This document shows, one piece after another, positions 1-13,974 of a DNA stretch of 64,000 nt. Position numbers and translations under genes: made by a program. The first letter of the stretch is position 1. Each line of letters starts with the position of its first letter. The DNA comes from Lytechinus pictus. Taxonomy: Eukaryota. The stretch spans positions 9,302,001-9,366,000 of the forward strand of contig NC_087245.1 in assembly GCF_037042905.1 (NCBI RefSeq), read 5' to 3'. The notes beneath the pieces were generated by a model, which was given only the letters and a program-made list of their open reading frames with translations, was not told the DNA's origin and searched no databases.

Positions 1-726
1 TCGAATTTCCCGATGTTACGTTTCTCGCGCTAGAAATAAGCTCAATTTCTTAAATCGTCTGAAAAGGTTGGCGGTAGGCCTTCGTCTTCTCCTCCCTGCT
101 CGCGGCAGAATTTTCCCCTCCACCTTTCGAGTGAGGCAAAAAAAAAGATCTAGCATGACTCATTATCCCGCTATTAATCCGCTTTTCTGTTTCAATTATT
201 AGAGCTAGTATTACATACAACAGCGAATGTTAAGAGTTTTCTTTTCTGCTGTATATGCATTATTTTTTTATGAAGTTGTGAATATAGGCGTGTTATTTTT
301 TATGAAGCAGCAGTTAGTGTTAAATTTTCCTCTCTATTACTCGAATTTCTATTCGGGAGAATAATGTCTACATTTCATCTACCCATGTTGTTTTTATTTT
401 ATATAAGGTTTAAGTGAAGGGACATTGGCTAGATCTGTCAAGTTATCACAATTTCTATGATTATGATTAACGATAGATTTATATACTCAGCATTTATTGT
501 ACATGATGACACTTGTGAGAAGATTCTTTGCAATGTTTTTCCTTCATTATGAATTTTTCTTTCCATTTTTAATAAAGCAGTGGTCTAGTTTCTAGTTAGG
601 CTGTGTTGAATTGATATTCTTTTGGCTTTTTAAGTTTGTTGTGTGCTTGTTTGATTTTCACAGTTCTTGTTTATTTCATGCCTGTTTATAGCTGTATCAA
701 CCTGTGAAAGAATAATTATTTTCCTC

Positions 727-881
727 AAATATTTTATGTTATTCAGAGAAAGTGTTCCAGTGACATTTCGGTCCTCACTGAAAGTTGTCTTTCTGAAATT
801 ATAAATATTTACGTTATGCAGAGAAAGTATTCCATTGTCATTTTGGTCCTCACTGGAAGACGTGAAAGTTGTCTTTCTGAT
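727..881. repeat. Diverged tandem duplication, about 76-bp unit, 2 copies
   Basis: CAGAGAAAGT(G/A)TTCCA(G/T)TG(A/T)CATTT(C/T)GGTCCTCACTG...AAAGTTGTCTTTCTGA occurs at 744 and 819; the second copy carries a short insertion. Confidence 0.8.
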
Positions 882-3800
882 TAATCATACTACATAATTA
901 TGTTTTGAAATGACATTGGTATTGATTATTAAATGCCACTTTCGTGTATTGGCGAAGTAAGTTCTACTTAGTTAATATGTTAATGATACAATAAGATAAG
1001 TGTGATGTTTCAGAATTACACTCAGATGGTCTTGGACCTGCTTTTGAAATTACTCCCTACCATTTAAGATAATCTGGAGTTGAATGTGAACTGATATAAA
1101 TTACCGTTCTGTGTGAGTTGTACCCGTCAAACCGGTGTCACAAAGAAATATGATAGACGGTAGGAGAGACAATGGTTACCTATTTCTTTACGAAAGAAAT
1201 CAGGAGAGGGTCAAAATTTAAGATCAATGTGCATGACTTGACTTGGCGTCGAAAGTTGAGGTAACTCCCTAAAGAACCGTTCTTAAAAGCATCTCCGAGC
1301 TTTCAAAGTGATCTGATACAGTGATCGAAGGAAGAAGACAGGGAATGGGGATAAGCAGGGAAAGTTTGAACAAACGGAGTTGTGTACATACGAGCGAATT
1401 CGGGGAGCAATTCGTTACCCCCTTTTCTGGAGTCAAGAGGGTGCAGTTTCCCTCCCCGCGGGACCACCAGTCACCAGGAGTAGTCCTTGCTCGCACCCCT
1501 CTTAAGGAGCCGTGTCAATATAATCAGCGTCCCCCAGCACACAAACACACTTTCCATCATAGTCGATTTTCATCTATTCGTATCATTCTAAAAAAGCTCC
1601 AAATCCACCACTGCAATTTTAAATGAGAAATTCATGTAATCCTTACACCTGTTTACCAAAGTTTGTGGTGAGAAATCAGTGTAGCAATTGGAGTGCACCT
1701 CCTCGGTGAACACGACGAGGATTCTGCAATGTGCGAACATCATCAATGTTTGATCGATAAGTAGACCGTTCAAACACAAGAGCAATTTTAAATCTCACCC
1801 CGGTGCCCGGAAGCAAAGAGTTAAGTAGAAGAAAAAGAAACTCTCAGGCACATATTATGGAATCGATATTTTCTTTGCTCTTTCACTTTTTTTAATTTTT
1901 CATATTTAATCATATTTGTGTGGATTGATGGCAGGTAACACATGCAGAAATCCCGCTTTAAACTGCGTCTATGAAACGATAGTTTGGCTTTTGACAAACT
2001 TTTCAGAATGCATTAATTGAAATTAACATTATCTATATTCGATGGATATTAATCGTGGACATACCATTCCTGATAATTGTTTCTTCTTTGAATAGGGTAT
2101 TATAAATCTTGTATTATTTGTCTTTACAAACACCAAGTGCATAAATTAGTCATGTGATTACACAATAACTGGTCAGACGTATGGGACACTTAACTTTCTC
2201 AAAAAGATGACATAATATTTTGTTTTTTATATCAACTGTCGCTAATGTTCCATCTAATTGTTCACATTGAAAATCTATCAAAAGATTGCTGTAGTTCGAG
2301 GTAAATCCCACATCATATTATTCTATTCTTAATTATGATGAGATTCAAATCTAAATGAAATTTTGCTTTCAAACCTATACATAATACCTTCAGGGTAATT
2401 TTTAATATAGGAAATATAGAGTATCAATTAAATACTTTGTTCCCATCTACCGGAGATAATAAGGTGCTGTATCTTAGTCTATTGCGACGCACGGATAAAC
2501 AAAAAAAATCGTTTGTCGTATTTCTTCTGTAGTTAAATTGAAAGCTTTGAGTGGACTGAAAAATCACTACTTCCCAATTTAGTGTTTTCAAAGAAAATAT
2601 ATTGCTTTCCGAATTGAACGGGGCTAGTGGATGGTTGGTAGGGGATATGAGGTTGGCGCCTTACGGGTAGGTTTGCCATAAACGTTTTCTCGCTTTTGCT
2701 CTCCAAAGTAGGGCCCCTGAGCATAGCGTTGTAAGAAGAGAGAAAGAATTGGAAAATCGAATATTCATCCACATCCATCCATTCTTAGACGCCACTTTAC
2801 CTACCCATCTTTTAAATCACCTCCTTCCTCCATCCTCTCCCCTTCATTTCAGAACTCTTCCTTCTTTTAACGCCCTTATCTCCTTACCCCTCTCCTCAAT
2901 GATATTTCCTGGCTTCCCCTCTCCTCCTCTCCTCGGATTTCTACCCCCTAACGGCCCGCGTGAAAAGAACTGGGACGATGGTGGCGATTTTCTCGCGGCG
3001 CACTATAGAAAAGTTGTGATCTTGAATAATTAGCGGCTGTTTATACAGATGTATTTCCTACTTAGTAGCCAGCGAGTAGCGCAAGAAGGAAACCTGGCCC
3101 CCTGAGCTATCGGGCAGCTAAACCGAGGCTGCACCGTGCTCGCCACGTTGTAAAGTCTTACACACCTTTACTTCACAGTTTACAATTAAAGGATGATTGT
3201 GCTAGCTGTATCATAAAATTGAATTCTTTATTGTCAAAATTAATGAATGATTAAATGAGTTTTTGAAACCTTACAGATATATGAAGTTATTTGGAATTAT
3301 TTACCTAAAATAGTTGCTTGAAATCCCATAACTTTCATCGTGCATATGCCCTGTTCTTGTGGTTTTTGGAACAAATGATTTTATGATAATAATGATATGT
3401 GGACCACTTCTGGATTTTTGCAAAGGAAAAATTAAATAGATCGATATGGACATTGATGAAACAAGTGATGTATATTATCTATAGGGTCTGTATGCAATCT
3501 TGGTGATTTCGTTGTCTTTAATGTCTTTTTTTTCTTTTCTTTCTTAATCCGAACTGTTATGACATTACTTTGAAACCAAATATATTTTCATATGTATCTA
3601 TTCTAATAGAATTCAATTTAAAACGTTGTATGAGAAAGTACTATAAGGTTATTGGGATAGTCGCTTTATCAAAATCAATCACTGATGATATACTGAAAAA
3701 AAATTGAAATCTTAAAAAAAAATTACAAGGTCAATTATTTCCTGTCGTTAAATTTCATATAAAAGGATTAAAGACCATAATGATCATTATTATTACATTT

Positions 3801-4107
3801 CAGAATCCATTTTTATAAATACCATTGTCATGTTCATTGCTGCTATACGACTACTACTTCGGGGTTTTGTTTGTCATCGTTACCATAATTATAAAATTAT
3901 TTTTTCATATCATTAAAGGATTTCAATAACAAGCAATAATGATAAAGAATCAATTCGTTTGGGTTTATTTTTTACATTTCGTTTCTGTCTGATATTCGTC
4001 ATACAGTGACATTTTGAATAAACTTACAAATTTCTTTGAAAGTATTTTTGTGAATGTGTTGTTATCATAATAGATTAGTATTATAAAATGTATCAATATT
4101 TTTGGCT

Positions 4108-4167
4108 ATTATCATTATCATCATCATCATCATCATCATCATCATTATCATCATCATCATCATTATT
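4108..4167. repeat. (ATC/ATT)n microsatellite
   Basis: Run of CAT/TAT triplets. Confidence 0.95.
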
Positions 4168-4394
4168 GACAGTATTATTTATATTTACATCATCATTACT
4201 ATTCAATCATTATTGAATGGTTATTTTGTTCGAAAACGTTAATATCATCAGAGGTAGACTGTTATGAGTAATTTATCGGTGTTTAATATAAGCAGTTAGA
4301 ATTCCTTCAATTTCATAATAAAATAGTGAAGATCTGGTCTTCCACATCTTTTGAAAAGGTATGAGAATAGGCCTTTAAGCAGACGACTGTTTCA

Positions 4395-4900
4395 TCGTTG
4401 GCGCGCGCGCGCAAAGGCCCTGAAGTAGTGGTAACCAATATCACTCTAACCAATCGATACTACGACTAGTACGGACAAGGTGTTTGTAACGTAAGATCCC
4501 CGATTTAGCGCCTTTTTTGCATTACAGGGGGTAAGAAAGGAAGAAGAAAGGGAAGATAGGCACTCGAAGAGGGTAAAATAGAGCAGAAAAGAGGGGAGAA
4601 AAGGGCTGACTCGGCTGGGAGCCGGGACGATCATTTAATTAGCCAGATACATGCTAGTAAGTGTGTACAGCTGTAGATTAGGCTACAAACACACGTAGCA
4701 AGATGATCGCTCAAAATCTAGGGTCAGTTTAGACTGACGTGATCGTCCGCCCGAGGTGTAGAGGATGCGCGTAGTATTCAGCAGTATCGATCGAGCCTAG
4801 ATTGGCCGATAGTTTGGTAGTTTGAAGTGACCCGTGATTGCTCCACAATAATTTAATCAATTGTCTATTGAGTTGGTGTAACACGCGTGCGCGCTTGTAT
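4395..4900. promoter_or_regulatory. CpG-enriched, promoter/enhancer-like island with tandem CCAAT boxes
   Basis: (GC)6 at 4401-4412; TAACCAAT at 4432 and 4447; reverse ATTGG at 4801; purine-rich tract; higher CpG than the AT-rich flanks. Confidence 0.35.
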
Positions 4901-5354
4901 CTCATAAAGTGAAAGGCAATTATTTTCCCGTTTCCGCTTAACTATAATCAATGTACAACAAACAATGCCTCAATTTGTTACTCAACCTTTCTTCTTTGTA
5001 TTATATATAAAATTAATCTTTAATCTGAATGCCGACTATCTCTTTGTCTGTCCTATTGATTTAAATCGTGATTTTAATCTTTTTCATTTCAAATCAGAAA
5101 AATACAATTTTCTGTTCATGGAGTGTTGATCTATAGTCGATTAAGAAAACAACCATGTTCAAGTGGTGGAAAAGATGTTTGGTATTTTAAGAGTTTATTT
5201 ATATAGATAATCAGTATTAAATGAATGATTAACACATCCATCCTTTTTGTTTAATTTAAATGATTACGATTATTTCTGAATACTTGTAGTAATGATGTTT
5301 TATTATTATTATTGTTATTATTATAATCATTATTATCATTATTTTTATTTTTTG

Positions 5355-5536
5355 TTAAATATCTCTTTCTTTATTCGGTCATAAGAACATACAAATCATA
5401 CAATTGACATTCATATATTCATATTGTTTTTTTCTTTTCTACATATTAAATATCTCTTTCTTTATTCGGTCATAAGAACATACAACTCATACAATTGACA
5501 TTCATATATTCATATTGTTTTTTTCTTTTCTACATA
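5355..5536. repeat. Near-perfect 91-bp tandem duplication
   Basis: TTAAATATCTCTTTCTTTATTCGGTCATAAGAACATACAA(A/C)TCATAC...CTACATA at 5355-5445 and 5446-5536; one mismatch seen. Confidence 0.95.
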
Positions 5537-8500
5537 TCCCTGAAGTGTTTCATTCTATTTCTACCTCTATTTTTGTTCTTATTAACACTTTGAAACATTT
5601 GTATAAAGCGCTTTATGAGCTTTTCTATTATTTTATGAGTATAATTATTACTAATTGCTTTGTTTTTTACATGCGCATACATCTTTATTAATGGTTCGTA
5701 ATTTCTTACATTTACCTTTACAGTACAACATTTAGATTAATTCAATTCCATAAAGCAAAGACGACTGTTGTATAATGTATGACTGTTAAACGTTCAATCA
5801 AAACAACTCCGACTGGGTGAGCGGGTGGGAAAATTCATGACGTCACGAAATGTCGTCCATCACTAAAGTTGTCTTCGCTGGTGACAGGATATGAGTGGAA
5901 ACAAGTTCAATCGCTTACAAATAAGGTGGAAGCATTGAATCATCGAAACGAGCTCCTATAAATTGGATTGCAATCTCGCCGATATGTTAGCTTCCCTCCC
6001 CCCTCTCTCCTTGGTTTGGTTTTCAGTCAATAGAATGAAAATATACTGTAGTCCTTTCCATCCTCTTACATCCCTTCTCTTCCTTTTTTGATGCAGAAGA
6101 ATATGGTCTTTTTGCACTTGGGAGTCTGTAACCATGTATGTGCTTCTATAGTACAGTATATATTTTTTTAATTACTGAGATTATATTCATTTGATATAAT
6201 ATTCATTAATAAAAATGACCTTATAGTTTGTGGGTTTTTTTTATCGCGTTAGGATTTGTGTGACCAGTAAAAAAATGCACCCATTTCCTGAATCATCACT
6301 TATGTTATTTTTCTCGATCTTTTAAGAAAACTCAAATAAAATGTTTTCATACTTGTTCACCAACCAATTAAATAATTTCGCACCTAAACAGAGTATAGAA
6401 AGTTTAGAAAGTAATCTTGTAAAGTATTTATATCAACTTTTGAAAGTCATCGATTATAACACATACGTTAGACTTCAATATTAGAAGGAGAGACGATTAA
6501 TATGAAATTTTCATAACATAGTACTCTAATGAAGAGCACATTCAATGACAATCTTAACACTTTCTATAAAAAAACATCTGTTGAGGCAAATCCGTCTCGT
6601 TCATTTCGTATGGTAATATGTAAAATACACAGAGATTAGAAGGAATACCACATTGTCATATTTGCTAAATTAATTGATACTAGCTCAAATGTTTATTGGT
6701 GAGATGAAATAAAGAGATGTCGCAAACATATGCTGAAATAATTAAAAACAATATAAAACTCAGATTCAAAGGTAAAGAGTTAGAAATGAACCTGAATTGA
6801 TCCGTCAAAGCACTTTCAAGAACATGAATTAGTATGTGTTTGTATCAGCACATGACAAAAATGACAACAGAATGGAGGAAAAAGAAAGAAGGATGATTTA
6901 ATTTTCGACCCTCGAGAGATGCTGCAAGCTGAATCTGTTGTGGAGATAAACATTTGTTCTCAATTTTCTGCTCGAAGAATGCTTGGGGCAATCGGAAAGC
7001 TGGGTCTGTCCCGGAATCTCTTACCCCTCTCTCAACGGGTGAAAAATGCCACCTCAAAAACCCGATTAGTACCCCTCATGGGACATACGCACCAATTAGA
7101 TAAGAGTCTCTCTTACAAATCGAGACAATTCCTTTCGCCAACAAAAAGATACAATATAATAGGTAAAGATTGTCTTTTTCTTTTCTTCTTCGTTCTCAAG
7201 TATCTTTTCTTTAAATGAAAACCTTATTCTGAACGCGATATCAGAGTTGAAGATTTGAAGGAATCTGAGAAGAGAAGGCGATCTATTTACACCTTTATCA
7301 AATCGTTATTGTCTTTGCTGCGTCTATGAAGATAATAAGTGTGATTTCAATGATTTTCAATTTAGTAGAGATATTCTCATCGGCGGAAATATTATCCCTG
7401 TAATGATTGCCAAACTCTCTAATCAACCATTCAACATGCCTAAAAGGGCAAGGGTAAAATGGATATATTTTATTATTTCAAGCAATAATGAGAGAAAGAA
7501 AATGGATAAAGTTTGCTGAGAATTTGATTATATTCCTTTAGGCTGGTATAACTCTACCGTGGGAGTACGACTTAGAAAGAAATTATGGCTAGATTTTCTG
7601 GACTTGTTATTGTTCTAGCTGAAATAATTTATCGCAATTTTCCGAAATGGAATACCCAATATCCTGCTCGTCGTATGTGTATTGTTTAAAAGTCTTTCCT
7701 ACATAAATAAGTTATCCTTCTAAATTCTTTTTCAGGTGGGAATGGATTTTCCCTAGAATCTCTTATTAATTTTTCTCTCTTTTTGGGGGGTTTAGGTACC
7801 TTTAAAAGAAAATGTAAAAATTTAATCTCCTTAAATGAAATTTAAAAGAACGAAAAAAAGGGAGAAAATTATGAAAATTGGTAGAGTGAGGGAAAAAATC
7901 CAAAACACATCCTAAAGTGATAAGCAAAGCAAAGTTTAGTTTAATATTCTCCAAGGTGTTGACTTTGTTCAAAACCAAACTTCATGAATGTGAATAAAAC
8001 TTTTTAAGTAGATTTCTGTTCACGCCTAGATTACAATGACACTATTGATTGGTGAAAATTTAGATAAATATTGACACATTTATTGCTACTTCGTGATAGT
8101 CTTCGTCAATATAAGTGATAACGCTTTGATGGACGTAATCTTACCATTCAGCCATGTATCAAACCGGCACCCCTTTCCGTTGAACTTTAGTCCCATAGGC
8201 TCACCCTACTTCAATAAAACATTTGAATACCTCCCAGGCCTATTTCCGAACTGCACCGAAACTTACGTTTTCTCCGCAACTACTGCGTTCGCGTTGATAT
8301 GTTTCAGTATTTGAACATTTCACAAATAATTACAATATATCCATCAGTTCTTTTGTATTCCCAGCAACATTTCTAATGTTTTATGGACGTATGTGCGGGG
8401 GCTACTTAGTTTTGAGCTCCACTATTTGCGTCACGGATAACGTAACGCATTTAAGGGAAGGCGGAAACTTATCCTGCGACAGAAGCGCGTGAACACTTCG

Positions 8501-10048
8501 TACACTCACACACAGACACACCCGCACACACACGCTCACAATACACACATACGCACACAAGCATACAAGGCAAACTTTGCACCCCTTCTGTCTGTATTAT
8601 TTATCAAAAAGAAATTAATATTACACATCAGAATACCAAAATCCTACTTCGTCTGAATGTTTGTAAATGCAAATTTTATTAAAATGTACTCATTTCTATA
8701 AAGAATGAACTATTGTTTTGCTTTTTTTTTACAAAACTATATAATTCTGTCCATATGATTTAAGAGTGTGGCATTTATCACAGTAATTTATATGGTATCA
8801 ATGAAAGACTGAAATTATTCCGAAGTATATTACTCTTGTTTAACTTTTCTTCCAGTCTTACAAGTGCAAAGTAAACATTATCATAAAGAATCTTTCAAGA
8901 CCTTAAATACAAAAAAGTTGAAGATTTTCATTCAAGTTATTAACGAATGATTAGCAGTTGTCAATGATACTGAACAGGCTTGCTGATCAAAACAATTTCT
9001 TTGCGATTTACAGCAACATATGAGATGTAATGTAATGTAACCTTGACACAACAAGGCAAGTCATATCTCCTTTACCTTTCCATGCAGCCTGTACCTTGCT
9101 TCCTCCATTTCCGAGGTAGGCATAACCTTTATCCCGTTCAGTATACCCGCTTCCATTGCTCTTCAATTTGCCAGAGTAATTCCATTTCGAGTTTATCTGA
9201 AATGAAATTTAAAACAAATAATGATAATTAATAAATGCAAAGCTAGACCTCCTTTGGCACATTTCTTCTTCCGCTAAAAATAAGTGTCAATTCATCTGTT
9301 TTTGTTTAAAGTTTGTACTTAATTTGGTATAATAACCAGAGTCAAAATAAAAATTAAAAAAACTTTCTTCCCCTATTTCTGGATATACGGATTTTTTTTT
9401 AGGGTGTACTACATACTTTAAATCACAGGAGACTCAGGAACTCACAAGCAATCGATATTAAAATCAAAAATTCCACGCAATATTCATCTGTCACATTACA
9501 GATTTATATATTCAGTAGGAGGAAATCGATAAATTTATATCTGTCAACATGATAATAACAAACACCATTCTCGTAGAATTGATTTCTCTTTTGCTGATGC
9601 ATCACTTTCACTTGTTGCTTTACTTTGCCCGAATGTTATCCATTCTACCGACTGTCTTACAGATTGCGGAACAACCTTAACCACATAACTCGTTGTCTTC
9701 TGCTCTTCAATCAATGTCAGTAATTGAAAGATGGTGGGGTGACGATAAGGTTACTATAAGGTTCAAAAAGGGGGGAATGGGTACAACTGGGCGGTTGATA
9801 GCTCTACTAACTATTAATCATACCACCTATAATCTCCTGTATCATTGTTTGTTGAACAAGATTGTGTTTTCTTCAAGAGGGAATCAAGGGTTTGAGTTCA
9901 TGCTGGTGTTTAAGACCTTTTTTTTATTTTAAGAAATAATTCTAAACTGATTGAATAAAGAAAATCAAAGAGAAATTAAAATAGAATTAAGAATAGGGGG
10001 AAGAAACAAGATGTGGATGTCATTAGTAAGTAGACCTGCTACTGTAGT

Positions 10049-10304
10049 TAAATGGGAAGTTAGTACTGACGATAATTTGTCTTTAATAAAAAAAAAACAC
10101 AGAGAAAATATTGACTAAGTTTCGATGAAAGTACATCAAAGACTAGGAGGTTATAATTTTTTAAAGTGTGACGTCATTATGCGAGCAGCTCCCCATATCT
10201 ATCATGAATTCCACATTTTGATTGAACATGATAGAAATAACAATACATTTTTCTTTTCTGCTTTTATTTAAACCAACTTATCTTCGGGATGAATTTTCCC
10301 TCAA
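10049..10304. mobile_element. Degenerate, internally deleted T2/Kolobok-type MITE, related to 53091-53840
   Basis: Left end TTAAATGGGAAGTTAGTACTGA and right end TCGGGATGAATTTTCCCTCAA resemble the termini of the 53091-53840 element; shared internal CAGAGAAAATATTG and TGACGTCAT motifs. Confidence 0.55.
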
Positions 10305-12941
10305 TATACAATTAGCATTGGGTTGTGAAGAATGTGTCTAAAACGATTTAGAACTGTTGCTAATTACTGATTGCACATGACTAATTTGTATGTTTTTTTA
10401 TATTTTTTTGAAATCTAGACTAATAACATTAGTCTATATACCTTCACTGATATCTTGTTTTGATTCTTTAAGATGCATCTCACATTTCAAAGACCAATTT
10501 CCTTCTCTGCGCTAATGAAGCAGGAAAACCCATCAAGAATATTTTTATGAAATCATGGTGAGGGTCTGAGGATGCTGGTTAGCAATGTGGATTTACTTGT
10601 TGGTGTTTGCGAATAATGGTTATTAATCATTCCAAGATGTTGTTGTGACAGTTTGGGGCCTTCACTTGGTCCGTATGGTAGGACAATAAATGCATCAGTT
10701 CACGATGTTGCGTGACATCCTCAGGAAAATACGTCACAAGGATAAGTAAAGAAGCAAATGTAGAATTAGATATATATAATAAAGACTTGAGCAATGCTCT
10801 TTATAATTCTACAGCCAAAGTAACATTACAGTGAAATATAATACTATTGATATTAATATTTAAAAAATGATAAAAACATTAAACAATATACCAAAGTAAA
10901 AAATATATATATACTACTTATTAGTATATAGTCATATGCATAAATTTGTAATAATCAATTTTGTATAAATTTCACAACTGACACTGGCCGACTGTTACAG
11001 TGAATCTAGAAATATTCATCTCTAAATGAAACATACAAAATGGTCTTTACCAAAGAGGAAACATTAAAACAACAATGTTACAAATAATTATTAGAGAATA
11101 GGGAAATGGCCTCTGACTTTATCCCATATGAAGTTCATTTTCTATTCAGAGTGAATTTTAGGGGTATTATGTTATGTCTGTTTACCTCAGTAAGACCGTT
11201 ACAGGGTAAACTGAGAAAATGAAATAACTGTAAGTATTGATGAAAAACACTGCGAATTGTGAGAGTATTATACTCTGGATCATAATCATGTGTAATGCTA
11301 AAGTGTACAACAACAGAAAGCATATCAGTATCAAGTAGATCAGAGCGGACTCGACTGGGACGAACCCTCAAGGAAAAGGGCTGTTTTCTCCACGACTTTG
11401 GTAAGGATTTTCGCAGATCATTTGTCTCCTCCTCTGTTTGAGTTTTGGTGATGATTCATATTAATGGCTGGCCAACCGCAAGGAGACAGGCGATTGTGAA
11501 GACGGAGGGCTAGGGTAAGGGGCAGGGTATAGAAGGCAACGAACAAGGCCAAGATACTGCCAACCCCTCCCTACGTCCCTCCCAAGCATAACTCGTCTAA
11601 TGATGATGACAAAGTCAAGTATTACAGAGATGTAAAGTGCATTAACATACCCAGTTGAACCCCGTTAGTCTTTTTTTTTTCAAATGAGGGTACAGGCCTA
11701 GACTCGGCGATTCCCTGTTCCATCAGGGTAACTTGCCTGCTCTACTGCCCAAATCTAGACAGTCCGAAAAAAGTCTCGACTGACCACTGTTTAGACCTAA
11801 TTAACTGTACATAGAATACACCTAAGCATAGGCCTATGCCTACAACAGGCCTCACAAAGACACAAACCTCGTAAAAGCTAGCGTGGGTAGGTCAGGAGAG
11901 CTAGAGCACGACTTATGTTTTACAGTAGACTTTAATACTGCAATTCCAATCACTCGGTACGGCTGCAACCCTCATTGACCACCTACAGCCGTAGAAGCAT
12001 AATTTTCTGAAAAGCAAAACAGAAAAAAGATCATCAAATCTGTCTTTTGATACTGGTATGGAGAACTTTTCGCATAACATTGACACCAACGATCGATCTT
12101 TTCAGTATTTTGGGTAGTATCTATATTTTTCGAGAAAGTAATTTCGGTACGATTTTTGATAATTGCTGAGCGTGGTGTATCTTGGCTTAAGTTTATCTTA
12201 AATATTTCGTCACTTTACATTCTAAAATTGGTACTTTGTTTCTCTCGGGTGGGGGTTGGCGCTCGTAAACAACACTGGATCCAGGTCTTCTATAATCAGT
12301 TGAATAAATAAGATGTAGAAGGAGTTATTCACATCCACAATCCAAAGACTTATTATTATTTCCTTCGATTTAAAACTATCTGATCATTGAATTGTCCACT
12401 ATGCAGTGCCTTTGAAAAAACTAAAACCCCAACAAATCGGAGTTGTTTTACTTCGGGAACTAAACTGAGTATAAAACGCTGTTAAAATTCATGCAAATGT
12501 TGCATGAAATCGATTTGCAGATTAAGCAAATCCATGTTCATTTTCGGAATGTTTTCTACACATACCGGTGAGGTGGTTGTACGAGTATCATAATCCTTAC
12601 ACCTTTCCACTGGATCAGATGGGAAGAAAACAGATGGATAAATGAGCATATTCCAAAATAGATGCGACATTATTGCTGTGAAAATTGGGCATTATAAGGC
12701 TAACACACAATCAGATCGCATACCATCACTATTCCACCACATGGTTTCTGGAGTAAGGAAGTCACTGTCATTGCATGGAAGGTCGTGACTCAGGTTATCT
12801 CATTTCACCTCGGATGGGCCCAAGATCGTAAAATATCTCATGTAAGTGACAGATAAATTATATTCTTTTGTATTCTTAGAGTTAACACAGTTTAGTGTCT
12901 ATTCAGGCTAAGGATTGGTACTTCATAATTTTGAGTTTATA

Positions 12942-13154
12942 CACTCCAAATTTCATGGATTTTAAGTAAATCCAGAATGGCTGCTGGAAATAATTAAAAC
13001 AGTTTCAAAATAAATTATAAATATTGGGATTTCAATCGACGTAACAGCTTGTTGTTATGCAGTAAAAAGCTGTCATGTAGGGTTCTTATGGAAATACCGT
13101 AACAGAATCACAAACAGAAATATGGATTTATTTCCATCGTTTGTTTTTCGTGTG
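12942..13154. mobile_element. Degenerate CAC-terminal MITE remnant
   Basis: TA-CACTCCAAATTTCATGGATTTAAGTAAATCCAG resembles the left end of the 25515-25759 element; the right end is uncertain. Confidence 0.4.
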
Positions 13155-13974
13155 AGAAAACATTAAGAATTATATATACGAAAATGATGTCCTATTATAA
13201 ACGTCCTCCTCATAAAACGTAGTCATGAAACGTTGCAAATACGTTATTTCATTTCTAAAACTATTATTCATTTTGCGTTTTCTCAATGTGTAATTTATTT
13301 TGGTAACCTTAAGTTGTAGGTTTGCAGTTGACAGACATTCAGCAACTGACTAAATTGTTAGAACGGTCGGGGATATATTTTTCAGACGTGCAAATCGCTG
13401 AGGGGAAATATAACCCCGTTGGATGCTCAATAAAATTTTGAATTTCCTAGCTTTTATCTCTTATGTTACACAGTTTTTGTATCTTGGCAAGATACCTTCA
13501 CATATACCACAGCGACATAAATTCATGAGTCCGAGTAAACTATAATCTTCATTTGTTTCAATTCTGTAATTAAAGCCTAAACAGCATTTAATGACCTTAA
13601 AGTCAAATATATCAACCATCATAGGTAACCGGGTGTAAAAATGTATTAAAATACTTGCCGTTAAATATCATGTGACCAGCTATTTATCAATCACACTCTA
13701 GTTTCTGTACATGTACATCTAAAATAATTTTGGATGAAAGCTGGGCACACGACACCTTGTTACGGCACATTTTTGGTAAATTGCACATTTTGTTAAATTA
13801 CCAAAATGTACCGTAATTCTGTTACTACACATTTATGTAACTGCACATTTTTGGTAACTTCTGGAATTATTAGCTCAGTTGTCTGTACTCATTCATTGAA
13901 TTGAAACAATACAAAATACCCTGTAACTACAGACTAGGCATTTCAGTTGGTCCATATTTTCTAAAACCACATTA

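Noticed and set aside
13916..13940. TACCCTGTA resembling the miR-10 5' end
   Set aside because: The match ends after 9 nt and I see no precursor hairpin.
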